NCBI GenBank assembly: GCA_964470695.1
Contig: CAYYDR010000001.1
Location: 529,997 to 593,996 of the forward strand
Length of the DNA: 64,000 bases
Source of the DNA: an uncultured Gammaproteobacteria bacterium
GTDB lineage: Bacteria > Patescibacteriota > Patescibacteriia > Patescibacteriales > UBA12465
Direction: 5' to 3'
Shown here: positions 44,086-51,754 of the stretch, piece after piece
Layout of the letters: every line of letters starts with the position of its first letter
Position numbering within the stretch: position 1 is the first letter of the stretch
The notes under the pieces: generated by a model
Told to the model about the DNA's origin: nothing
What the model saw: the letters and a program-made list of their open reading frames with translations, nothing else
Database searches by the model: none
Position numbers and translations under genes: made by a program

Positions 44086-45813
44086 TTATTCGCTAGTCAC
44101 TCGCAATACTTCTTCAATCGTGGTTACTCCCCGACGCACCTTATCCAGGCCATCCTCAAACATAGAAACCATGCCGCTAGAAATAGCGGCCTTTCTTATA
44201 TCGTTAGATGATAACGACTTAGAAATAGAGTCTCTAATATCGTCATTGACGGCTAAAATTTCAAAAATACCAATCTGCCCGGAGAAACCGCTCCCTTCAC
44301 AGACTTTACAGCCCCGGCCGCGGAAAATTTCTTTAGGCAAAAGTTTATTTCTAGCACTAAGAGATTTCTTCAGCCCCGAAAAAGCTAACTGCCTAAGTAC
44401 CTCTTCTTTTTGAAGCTTAGGTAACTTATAGGATTCAATGCAAGAAGAACATATTTTTCGCACCAAGCGCTGAGCGATAACAATGTTTAAAGTAGAAGAA
44501 AGTAAAAATGGCATGGTCCCCATGTCTAAAAGCCGCGGAATAGCCGAGGGGGCGTCATTAGTATGCAAGGAAGACAAAACTAAATGGCCAGTTAAAGCCG
44601 AGTGGACGGCAATATCCGCCGTTTCATTATCTCTAATTTCGCCGATCATGATGATATCCGGATTCTGACGCAATAAGCTACGCAGGCCATTAGAAAAAGT
44701 GATGCCCGCCTTAACATTGACCTGAGTTTGGTTAATATTAGAAACTTCATACTCAATCGGATCTTCAATCGTCGTAATATTTACTTTCGGGGTATTTAAA
44801 ACATGGAGAATTGAATACAAAGTCGTGGTTTTCCCGTGCCCAGTCGGACCAGTCACTAATATCATGCCGTGCGGCTTTTTAATTTCCTCTAGGATTATCT
44901 TCTCGGATTTTTCGCTAACGCCTAAGTCTATCAGAGAAAGCGGCTTAGAAGAGCTCTTTAAAAGGCGCATCTCCACCTTCTCGCCATTTAAAACCGGCAT
45001 GACATTCACGCGGATATCTATTTCGTTCTTATCCTCAATATTAAAATGAAAACGGCCATCTTGCGGGACGCGGTGCTCGTCAATCTGCATGTTAGCCAAA
45101 ATTTTAACGCGCGCGATTAAAATCGGGTCTATGTCTTTTGGCAAAGAAAGAATTTCCTGCATAATACCATCAACCCGATAACGAACTAGTAACTTTTTAG
45201 CTAGCGGCTCAAAATGAATATCAGAAGCATTCATAATCGCGGCATTTTCTAAAATGCTATTAAGGATGGTAATAATAGGCAGGGCCTCGGCCATTCTAGA
45301 TAAATCATTTTCTGACCCTAGAGAGGCAGACTGCTTCAAATTTTCTTCAATAATCTGATTAAAGCTAAAGCCCATTTTTTTCTTATACTGTTTAAAGGTA
45401 TAGGCAAGACTAGATGATGACGTTAAATAAACTTCCAGCCAGACATCGTATTTATTGCGCAAGAAATTGAGCGTGTCTAAATCCAGAGGATTAAGCATGG
45501 CTAATTTAGCTGTTTTTTTGGTCTTATCAAAATCAAAAAAAATCACTCCTTTATTCTTAACAAAGGCTTCCGGTAATAAGTCCAAAACCTCTGGAGCAAT
45601 TACTACTTTTTTTAAATTGACTATTGGAACGTCAAAATAAGGCGCTAAAAGCTCCAATAAGTAATCTTCCGTTATTTCCTCCTGACCTATTAATATTTCC
45701 GCGATATCTTGGCCAGAATGGGAGGCTTCGGCTTTAGCGGCCGAAAAAACTTTTTCGCTAATTAGGCCTGAATCCAATAAAATCTTTTTCAAGACTTCAT
45801 CCTTGATAAACAT
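44086..45813 (-). CDS. pilB: type IV pilus assembly ATPase (GspE/PilB family)
   Basis: Walker A GPTGHGKTT, Asp box, Walker B MIGEIRD, His box, tetracysteine CSSC...CKVC. Confidence 0.95.
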   Translation of the reverse strand: MFIKDEVLKKILLDSGLISEKVFSAAKAEASHSGQDIAEILIGQEEITEDYLLELLAPYFDVPIVNLKKVVIAPEVLDLLPEAFVKNKGVIFFDFDKTKKTAKLAMLNPLDLDTLNFLRNKYDVWLEVYLTSSSSLAYTFKQYKKKMGFSFNQIIEENLKQSASLGSENDLSRMAEALPIITILNSILENAAIMNASDIHFEPLAKKLLVRYRVDGIMQEILSLPKDIDPILIARVKILANMQIDEHRVPQDGRFHFNIEDKNEIDIRVNVMPVLNGEKVEMRLLKSSSKPLSLIDLGVSEKSEKIILEEIKKPHGMILVTGPTGHGKTTTLYSILHVLNTPKVNITTIEDPIEYEVSNINQTQVNVKAGITFSNGLRSLLRQNPDIIMIGEIRDNETADIAVHSALTGHLVLSSLHTNDAPSAIPRLLDMGTMPFLLSSTLNIVIAQRLVRKICSSCIESYKLPKLQKEEVLRQLAFSGLKKSLSARNKLLPKEIFRGRGCKVCEGSGFSGQIGIFEILAVNDDIRDSISKSLSSNDIRKAAISSGMVSMFEDGLDKVRRGVTTIEEVLRVTSE

Positions 45814-45851
45814 CTGATAAAAATTTAATTTATACTAAAGTTTCTTTTAAA

Positions 45852-45880
45852 ATTATAACACATTTTTCATAAAAACTATA
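45852..45880 (-). promoter_or_regulatory. extended -10 promoter of the pilB-to-pilX-like operon
   Basis: Minus strand TGT-TATAAT (45860-45852) with a weak -35 element. Confidence 0.4.
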
Positions 45881-45910
45881 TCGCCGTGGCGGAAAATCAC
45901 GGCCTAGCTC

Positions 45911-46525
45911 CTAAACGACAAACATGAAAAAATAAATCAAATAATTGCCGCCCGACAAAGCTAACAAAAGGCTAATTATTAACGGCCAAAAAATATCTAT
46001 TTTCTTATTTTTAAAAATAAATAAATTAACAATTGAACTAAAGATAGATAATAAGAAAAATAAAGGAATTAATATAAGCAGTTTAGGCCAACCAACTAGC
46101 AGGCAAGCTAAAGAAATTAGGGCCGCTTCTTCCAGGCTAACGGCTTCTTGGTTATAAAATCTAACTAGGCGAAAAATACCATAAAAAACAGCCGCCACAA
46201 CCAGACTCAATAAAACGGCCTGCCAAAGATGAATATAAATATAGCCAATAAAGTAGCTAATAGGCTGGGTAGGCGGCAAAAATAATCTACTCAAAGGCGA
46301 GGAAGACCAAACGTAATACTGGAGCCAGCTTAAAAATAAATTAAATAAAATAATAAAAATAGACCAAATGCAGATTAGTTTTTGGTGGGTTAAAAAACCT
46401 AATTTAATAGTCTTAGAATAATTACTATTTCTTAAAATACGCCTAATAATTATTAAGATAACAACCACTAAACTCAAAACAAAGGGCAACCAAATTAAAA
46501 AATGGCCTAATATATAATTTCCCAT
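45911..46525 (-). CDS. polytopic membrane protein of unknown function (between pilA and pilB)
   Basis: 204 aa with about 6 TM helices. Contains a single Asp, so it is not a canonical A24 prepilin peptidase. Confidence 0.6.
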   Translation of the reverse strand: MGNYILGHFLIWLPFVLSLVVVILIIIRRILRNSNYSKTIKLGFLTHQKLICIWSIFIILFNLFLSWLQYYVWSSSPLSRLFLPPTQPISYFIGYIYIHLWQAVLLSLVVAAVFYGIFRLVRFYNQEAVSLEEAALISLACLLVGWPKLLILIPLFFLLSIFSSIVNLFIFKNKKIDIFWPLIISLLLALSGGNYLIYFFMFVV

Positions 46526-46590
46526 ATTAACTGCACGGATTAACTATACAAAAATTAACTATTAATAAACTTTTATAGATTAACTATATC

Positions 46591-46620
46591 AAAAAATGGC
46601 CCCTTTTAAAAGAGGCCATT
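46591..46620 (-). terminator. intrinsic terminator after the major pilin gene
   Basis: Minus strand: ATGGCCTCTTTT pairs with AAAAGGGGCCAT (one mismatch), followed by U6. Confidence 0.6.
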
Positions 46621-46642
46621 TTAAATAAGAATCTACTAGAAA

Positions 46643-47341
46643 CTAGAAATCAGTTCCGGCGCCCAATAAGGACAAATCAGTACCAACTTCGTAATAAGCC
46701 GAGTTATTGCCGCCATCCTTAGTCATTTTAGGATCATCGGTTTTAAAGGCAGTGCTCTCTAAAACAGCGTCAATTTCGTATCTTAGAGTTTTTTCGCTGC
46801 AAACATAGCGATAAACCAAATCGGTGCTGGTCGGAGCAGAGGCTGTGGTAACGGTGTTAATCGGATCAGTCGGCATATTAGAAATTGGCGAACCGCCGGC
46901 CATGGTTGTTAAATTAACCGGCAACCAGCCAGTTCCATCTACTTTACCAGAGTTAGCCGCGGTAACCTGACCAGGAGTAACAAGCGCCGCTGCTGCGCCG
47001 TCAAGAGTAGTACCGTTAGTCAAAGTCTTAGCGCCGCTGTCAATACTGTAGAAAATTTTATCGCCAGCAACATACGAGGTGTCCGCGCTGGCATTACCCT
47101 TACAAGTAGCGTTAGTAGCCGCACCGCCCATCATAGGAGTGGTTGTGCTAGTAGAATACAGGCCTAGAGCGGTCTTAACCGTCGCTAAATCTGACATTCT
47201 TTGTGAGTCACGAGACTTTTTTAAAGCTTCTGCCGGATCTAATACCAAAATCAGAATAACTGATAAAACAGCGATAATCGCTATCACAATCAATAATTCC
47301 AACAGAGTAAAGCCCGATTTTTTTAAAGTTTTTGTGTCCAT
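46643..47341 (-). CDS. pilA: major type IV pilin (prepilin-type N-terminal methylation domain)
   Basis: KSG|FTLLELLIVIAIIAVLSVIL. Monocistronic with its own promoter and terminator. T/S/A-rich globular part with two Cys. Confidence 0.88.
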   Translation of the reverse strand: MDTKTLKKSGFTLLELLIVIAIIAVLSVILILVLDPAEALKKSRDSQRMSDLATVKTALGLYSTSTTTPMMGGAATNATCKGNASADTSYVAGDKIFYSIDSGAKTLTNGTTLDGAAAALVTPGQVTAANSGKVDGTGWLPVNLTTMAGGSPISNMPTDPINTVTTASAPTSTDLVYRYVCSEKTLRYEIDAVLESTAFKTDDPKMTKDGGNNSAYYEVGTDLSLLGAGTDF

Positions 47342-47398
47342 AAATTTTAATAAAATGTTTCAAATAAATTTATGAAACGATTTTACTTTTATTTATTA

Positions 47399-47428
47399 AT
47401 TATATAAAAAATGGTAACAAATTTTCAA
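47399..47428 (-). promoter_or_regulatory. candidate sigma70 promoter of pilA
   Basis: Minus strand: TTGAAA (47428-47423), 18 nt, TATAAT (47404-47399). Confidence 0.45.
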
Positions 47429-47434
47429 ACAAAG

Positions 47435-47449
47435 GACAATATAATTGTC
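47435..47449. promoter_or_regulatory. perfect palindrome GACAAT-ATA-ATTGTC just upstream of the pilA -35 element
   Basis: 6-bp arms with a 3-bp spacer, read directly from the sequence. Confidence 0.3.
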
Positions 47450-47464
47450 AAAAGATAATTAGAC

Positions 47465-47848
47465 TTAAGACAGTATTTTCTTTATTCTATCAATTATACC
47501 TTGAATAGGGGTATCGGATTTAATAATATAATCTTTAACGCCAAGCTCCATTACCCTTTTTCTATCCTCTTCTTGGCCTAAATTAGTCGCGACAATAACC
47601 GGAATGGTACGAAAAATTTTATTTTTACTCATTTCATCTAGGACCTCAAACCCGGTTTTAAGGGGCATAATAAGATCAAGCAAAACCAAATCAGGCTTTT
47701 CTTTTTTTATTAATTCCAGGCCCTCAGCTCCATTAGAAGCAATGACAGGCAAAAACCCTTCTAAAGAAAGCTTGGTTTCATAAATTTTCTTCAAAAATTT
47801 ATCATCCTCAACTACTAATATCTTATTTTTCTTTTGAGCTTTAGCCAT
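47465..47848 (-). CDS. single-domain response regulator (receiver only)
   Basis: ILVVEDD ... LVLLDLIMP ... ATNLG ... IIKS. No output domain. Confidence 0.9.
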   Translation of the reverse strand: MAKAQKKNKILVVEDDKFLKKIYETKLSLEGFLPVIASNGAEGLELIKKEKPDLVLLDLIMPLKTGFEVLDEMSKNKIFRTIPVIVATNLGQEEDRKRVMELGVKDYIIKSDTPIQGIIDRIKKILS

Positions 47849-47968
47849 AGGGCGCCTTAAAATAGTATAATTCTCTCCTCATATAATAACATAGGCCAGA
47901 AATAAAGGGAAGTTTTGGCGGGTTTTTTCTTTATATGATATAATAAATTTAATCATAAATTAATTAAA

Positions 47969-49591
47969 ATGATTTTAAAAACTATAAAAAGAAAAATAAT
48001 TTTTCAAGTTCTTGCCATCACTATTATTTTAGGCTTAACTATCTCTCTATTTTTAATTAAGCTGTCTCATCTCCCCTGGATTCAGAATTTTTTAGCATAT
48101 ACCAGCCAAAGCGCCCTTAACCTATCCATCATCATCTCTTTAATGATTGCTATTGGCTTCTTTTTAGCCTCTGTTTATATAATCCACGCCGGCTACATAC
48201 TCCTAAAGCCAATCCGAATTATAAGAGAGATGATTGAAAATATTGGCAAGGGTCAGTTTGAGGCTGTTAAACCAATTGATAATAATAGTGAATTTAAAGA
48301 ACTATCTAGTATAATATCGGATATAGCCAAAAAATTTAAAAATGAACAACTAGACTTAAAGACGGAAATCAGCAAACGGACAATGGAAATAAGCAAACAA
48401 AATCTCAAGGCCGTTAACACTAATAAAGCAATTCTAAATATTTTGGAAGATATAGAAAAAGAAAAAACCAAGGCCGCTTCCCTGGCTAAAAGCTTAGAAA
48501 AATTTAAACTAGCCCTTGATAGCACTATTGAATATGTCGTTATAACCGACGCTAAGGGCGAAGTAGTTTATGCTAATAAGGGGGTAGAAGATATTACTGG
48601 ATATAAAATTAATGAAATACTAGGAAAAAAAATTAAAGAAATGTGGGATTTACATCTAAATAAAGAGAAAGCAAACGAGATGCAGCATGCCCTGGAAGTA
48701 GACAAAAAACCTTTTGTAACCGAGCTAATTGTCCCACAAAAAAATGGCTCACAATATAATTTGTCCCTAACCGTTTCCCCGGTTTTAAATAACAAAAATG
48801 AGCTAGAATTTTTGGTTAATATCGCTAGAGACATAACTAAGGAAAAAGAAGTGGACAAGGCTAAAACCGAGTTTGTCTCCCTGGCCTCCCATCAGCTACG
48901 CACCCCTCTGTCCAGTATTAATTGGTACACAGAAATGCTCATCGCTAACGATATCGGCAAGCTTAATAAAAAACAAACGGAATTTATTAAAGAAATCTAT
49001 GACTCCAATAAACGAATGATAGATTTAGTTAATTCCCTTTTAAGTGCCTCACGCTTAGAATTAGGGACCTTCTCTAATAACCCCGAGCCAACAAATATCG
49101 TAGAATTAGCCTCTAGCGTGCTTGATGAATTAAAGCCCGATATTACAACTAAAAAATTAAAAATAATTTTTTCCGCGTCTAAAGACTGGCCGCTTATTGA
49201 AGCCGACCCGAAATTCATCAGAATAATCTTCCAAAATATATTGTCTAACGCCGTGAAATACACCCCCAATAAAGGGGAAATAAAATTAACAATAGATAAG
49301 GATGATAAAAAGATATCTATTAAGATATCTGATACCGGTTATGGCATCCCAGCCAGCCAGACTGACAAGATTTTTGAAAAACTATTTCGGGCCGATAATA
49401 TCCGGCAAAAGGATACTGAGGGTACGGGCTTGGGCCTTTACCTAGTTAAATCTATTGTAAATAAATGCGGCGGCAGAATTTGGTTTGAATCCAAGGAAAA
49501 TCAAGGAACAACCTTCTTTATTGAGCTCCCCTTTAACGGCCTAAAATCAGCCGAAGAATTTAATCTGCCAGAAAATAGCGGTAAGCAATAA
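47969..49591 (+). CDS. sensor histidine kinase (2 TM - HAMP - coiled coil - PAS - HisKA - HATPase_c)
   Basis: H-box SHQLRTPL, N-box NAVKYTP, G1 DTGYGI, G2 GTGLGL. PAS region VVITDAKGEVVYANKG. Confidence 0.92.
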   Translation: MILKTIKRKIIFQVLAITIILGLTISLFLIKLSHLPWIQNFLAYTSQSALNLSIIISLMIAIGFFLASVYIIHAGYILLKPIRIIREMIENIGKGQFEAVKPIDNNSEFKELSSIISDIAKKFKNEQLDLKTEISKRTMEISKQNLKAVNTNKAILNILEDIEKEKTKAASLAKSLEKFKLALDSTIEYVVITDAKGEVVYANKGVEDITGYKINEILGKKIKEMWDLHLNKEKANEMQHALEVDKKPFVTELIVPQKNGSQYNLSLTVSPVLNNKNELEFLVNIARDITKEKEVDKAKTEFVSLASHQLRTPLSSINWYTEMLIANDIGKLNKKQTEFIKEIYDSNKRMIDLVNSLLSASRLELGTFSNNPEPTNIVELASSVLDELKPDITTKKLKIIFSASKDWPLIEADPKFIRIIFQNILSNAVKYTPNKGEIKLTIDKDDKKISIKISDTGYGIPASQTDKIFEKLFRADNIRQKDTEGTGLGLYLVKSIVNKCGGRIWFESKENQGTTFFIELPFNGLKSAEEFNLPENSGKQ

Positions 49592-49623
49592 AAATAATTA
49601 TAAATTACAACCGATACCTAAAT

Positions 49624-49651
49624 AAAAAAACTGCCTATCGGCAGTTTTTTT
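49624..49651. terminator. bidirectional terminator (kinase / hemerythrin)
   Basis: A7, CTGCC, TATC, GGCAG, T7. Confidence 0.7.
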
Positions 49652-49690
49652 ATTTTTCCACTTAATTACTTTTAACCATGCTTAATCCTC

Positions 49691-50101
49691 CTAGCGCAAA
49701 CCATGCTCGTGAAAACAATCTACATATTTTTTATCCATAGCATCTAAATGATCAACTAGCCAATTCTCCAAAAAATCAATTAATTCAAAAGAAAGATCAG
49801 CCTGATTATTAATAAATTGCTGATGTAAATAAGTTAATTTATCCAATAATTTCTGGTGCTCCTCTTCATGCTCTTCCCGTCCCTCATAATTAAAAGCCTT
49901 AAAATATTTTTCCTCAGTTGAAAAATGATCAACAGCATAGGCCATTAATTTATCTAGGACACCGGCCATTACCGATCTGTCGGCACTGTCTAATATCGTT
50001 TTATAAAGGTCATTCAAGAGGGAGACAAAATACTGATGTTGGTCGTCAATCTCTTTAATATCCAGCTTATATTTGTCATCCCATTTAAAATAATCAGCCA
50101 T
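49691..50101 (-). CDS. hemerythrin-like (bacteriohemerythrin) protein
   Basis: FKWDDKYKLDIKEIDDQHQYF ... HFSTEEKYF ... EHEEEH ... WLVDHL metal-ligand pattern. Confidence 0.88.
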   Translation of the reverse strand: MADYFKWDDKYKLDIKEIDDQHQYFVSLLNDLYKTILDSADRSVMAGVLDKLMAYAVDHFSTEEKYFKAFNYEGREEHEEEHQKLLDKLTYLHQQFINNQADLSFELIDFLENWLVDHLDAMDKKYVDCFHEHGLR

Positions 50102-50127
50102 AAATTTAAAATATTATAATTTTTCTG

Positions 50128-51294
50128 TTAGTTTTTCCGTTCTTTTAAATCAGAAATTTCTTTCTTAAGTTCTATCATTTTGAGTTCACGCCCAATCATT
50201 AAATTATTTAAATCCTCTAATTCCTTTTTTTTCTTTTTCAGTTCATCAATTTTTTTCTTTCTCTCTGAAATATCCTTAAAAGCGCCAATAGCTAACTTCT
50301 GCTTTCCTAGCTCAGTAAAAGACAGGGATAATTCTATAACTAAACGCTGGCCTGATCTATTAATCATAACTAATTCAAATAGCCTAGCCCCCATATCATT
50401 CCCGCCTGAAAAAATAAAATTATCAATCTTGTGTGCCCCTTCCACATCAACTATATTCGTAAAACTTACTAATTCGCTAAATTTACGGCCGATCGCCTCA
50501 GAAATTCCTACGCCAAAGAGATTTTCGCTTGCCTTATTCCAAAAAATAATATTTTCTTTTTCATCAACTACAACTATACCATTAAGTACTGTGTCTATAA
50601 TACGACTGATTTTCTCCTCATTATCTTTAATCTGCAGCCGAGCCGCGGCCTGTTTACTATAGGAAATAAAAACCAATAAAGTTAAGAGATAAAATAAAAA
50701 ACAGCCCAACCAAAAATTTATTTTTAACTTAGTCAGAGCTGCCCAATAATAATTATAATCAACATCTACGCCTAAAACAGCCACTAATTCGTTATTGCTA
50801 AAAAGGCGAACCGGGCTGAATTCAGATATGTATGTTCCGTATTCATCCGTGTATTTTTCAGTATAAGTGGAATTTCCTTCTTTAAAGACCTGGGCCACTT
50901 CCGGAGGCGCCTCTTGATAAACCGCGCCGGGCACCACATAACCCGGATCACTGGGACGACTTGACTCAGCTATAAAAAAAACCTGCCCATCTTTTTCAGC
51001 CAGAAGATAAACGGCATCAATACCTTTTAAACGAAATAAGTCTCCCAGCAGTAAAATTTGCTCCCTAACTCGCTTATAATCTTCGGAAGCGACTGCGTCG
51101 GCCGGCCACTCCGCCAGCCTTTTTACTCTTTCCGGGTTAATAGCCGCTAAAGAAATATCAGACGACCAACCTATCTCCTCCAAAAAATTCTGCTCATCAT
51201 TCTTAGCAATAAAATAAGAGATGGTTATGCCAAAAATAATAAAAACTATTGTGATTATGAGTATCCAAATTATGACGCGAGCTTTTTTAAGCAT
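50128..51294 (-). CDS. membrane sensor: TM - ~170-aa external domain - TM - PAS - coiled coil, no transmitter domain
   Basis: Two TM helices (VIIWILIITIVFIIFGITISYFI; FWLGCFLFYLLTLLVFISY). PAS (IDTVLNGIVVVDEKENIIFWNKASENLFG). The C-terminus is only a K/E-rich coiled coil. Confidence 0.75.
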   Translation of the reverse strand: MLKKARVIIWILIITIVFIIFGITISYFIAKNDEQNFLEEIGWSSDISLAAINPERVKRLAEWPADAVASEDYKRVREQILLLGDLFRLKGIDAVYLLAEKDGQVFFIAESSRPSDPGYVVPGAVYQEAPPEVAQVFKEGNSTYTEKYTDEYGTYISEFSPVRLFSNNELVAVLGVDVDYNYYWAALTKLKINFWLGCFLFYLLTLLVFISYSKQAAARLQIKDNEEKISRIIDTVLNGIVVVDEKENIIFWNKASENLFGVGISEAIGRKFSELVSFTNIVDVEGAHKIDNFIFSGGNDMGARLFELVMINRSGQRLVIELSLSFTELGKQKLAIGAFKDISERKKKIDELKKKKKELEDLNNLMIGRELKMIELKKEISDLKERKN

Positions 51295-51373
51295 TGGAAG
51301 TTTAATATATTATCTATTATACAATTTATACTAAGATTGGTCAAAGAAAAAAAGGCTTGTGGATATCACAGTA

Positions 51374-51402
51374 TTGACATAAATTAAAAAATTTGATATA
51401 TT
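51374..51402 (+). promoter_or_regulatory. near-consensus sigma70 promoter of a small orphan transcription unit
   Basis: TTGACA (51374-51379), 17 nt, TATATT (51397-51402). Confidence 0.45.
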
Positions 51403-51507
51403 ATAATGTTCTTTAAAAGTGGTGGAGCCTCTCCGAACTTCAACGTTATAAAAAATAACTAGAAGCTCGAGATTGGTCTCTTGAGCTATTTAATAAAAAC
51501 TAAACAT

Positions 51508-51666
51508 ATGTTTAGAACATTAAATGGTTTTTTGGGAATTATCATTTTAATTGTCATATTAAAATGGGTTCTACCACTAGAGGCAGTTGAGCTAGCTAAT
51601 CAAATCTTAGTTAAGATATTAACTCTTATCCGAGATTTGCTAATGCAAGTCAACTTGCCCCAATAA
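51508..51666 (+). CDS. possible 52-aa hydrophobic small protein
   Basis: MFRTLNGFLGIIILIVILKWVLPLEAVELANQILVKILTLIRDLLMQVNLPQ. Bracketed by a promoter and a terminator, but has no obvious Shine-Dalgarno sequence. Confidence 0.3.
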   Translation: MFRTLNGFLGIIILIVILKWVLPLEAVELANQILVKILTLIRDLLMQVNLPQ

Positions 51667-51672
51667 ATTTTA

Positions 51673-51698
51673 AAAGGATTCCTCACGGAATCCTTTTT
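51673..51698. terminator. intrinsic terminator (small unit; possibly also the ABC-F gene)
   Basis: AAAGGATTCC, TCAC, GGAATCCTTT, then a T-run. Confidence 0.6.
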
Positions 51699-51754
51699 GC
51701 TTATCTATTATATTTTTAACTTTAATTAAATAATATATAAAATTTGCCTAGAAG

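Noticed and set aside
47342-47464. Sigma54 (-24 TGGCAC / -12 TTGC) promoter upstream of pilA
   Set aside because: No GG-N10-GC element is present. A sigma70-type TTGAAA-18-TATAAT fits instead.
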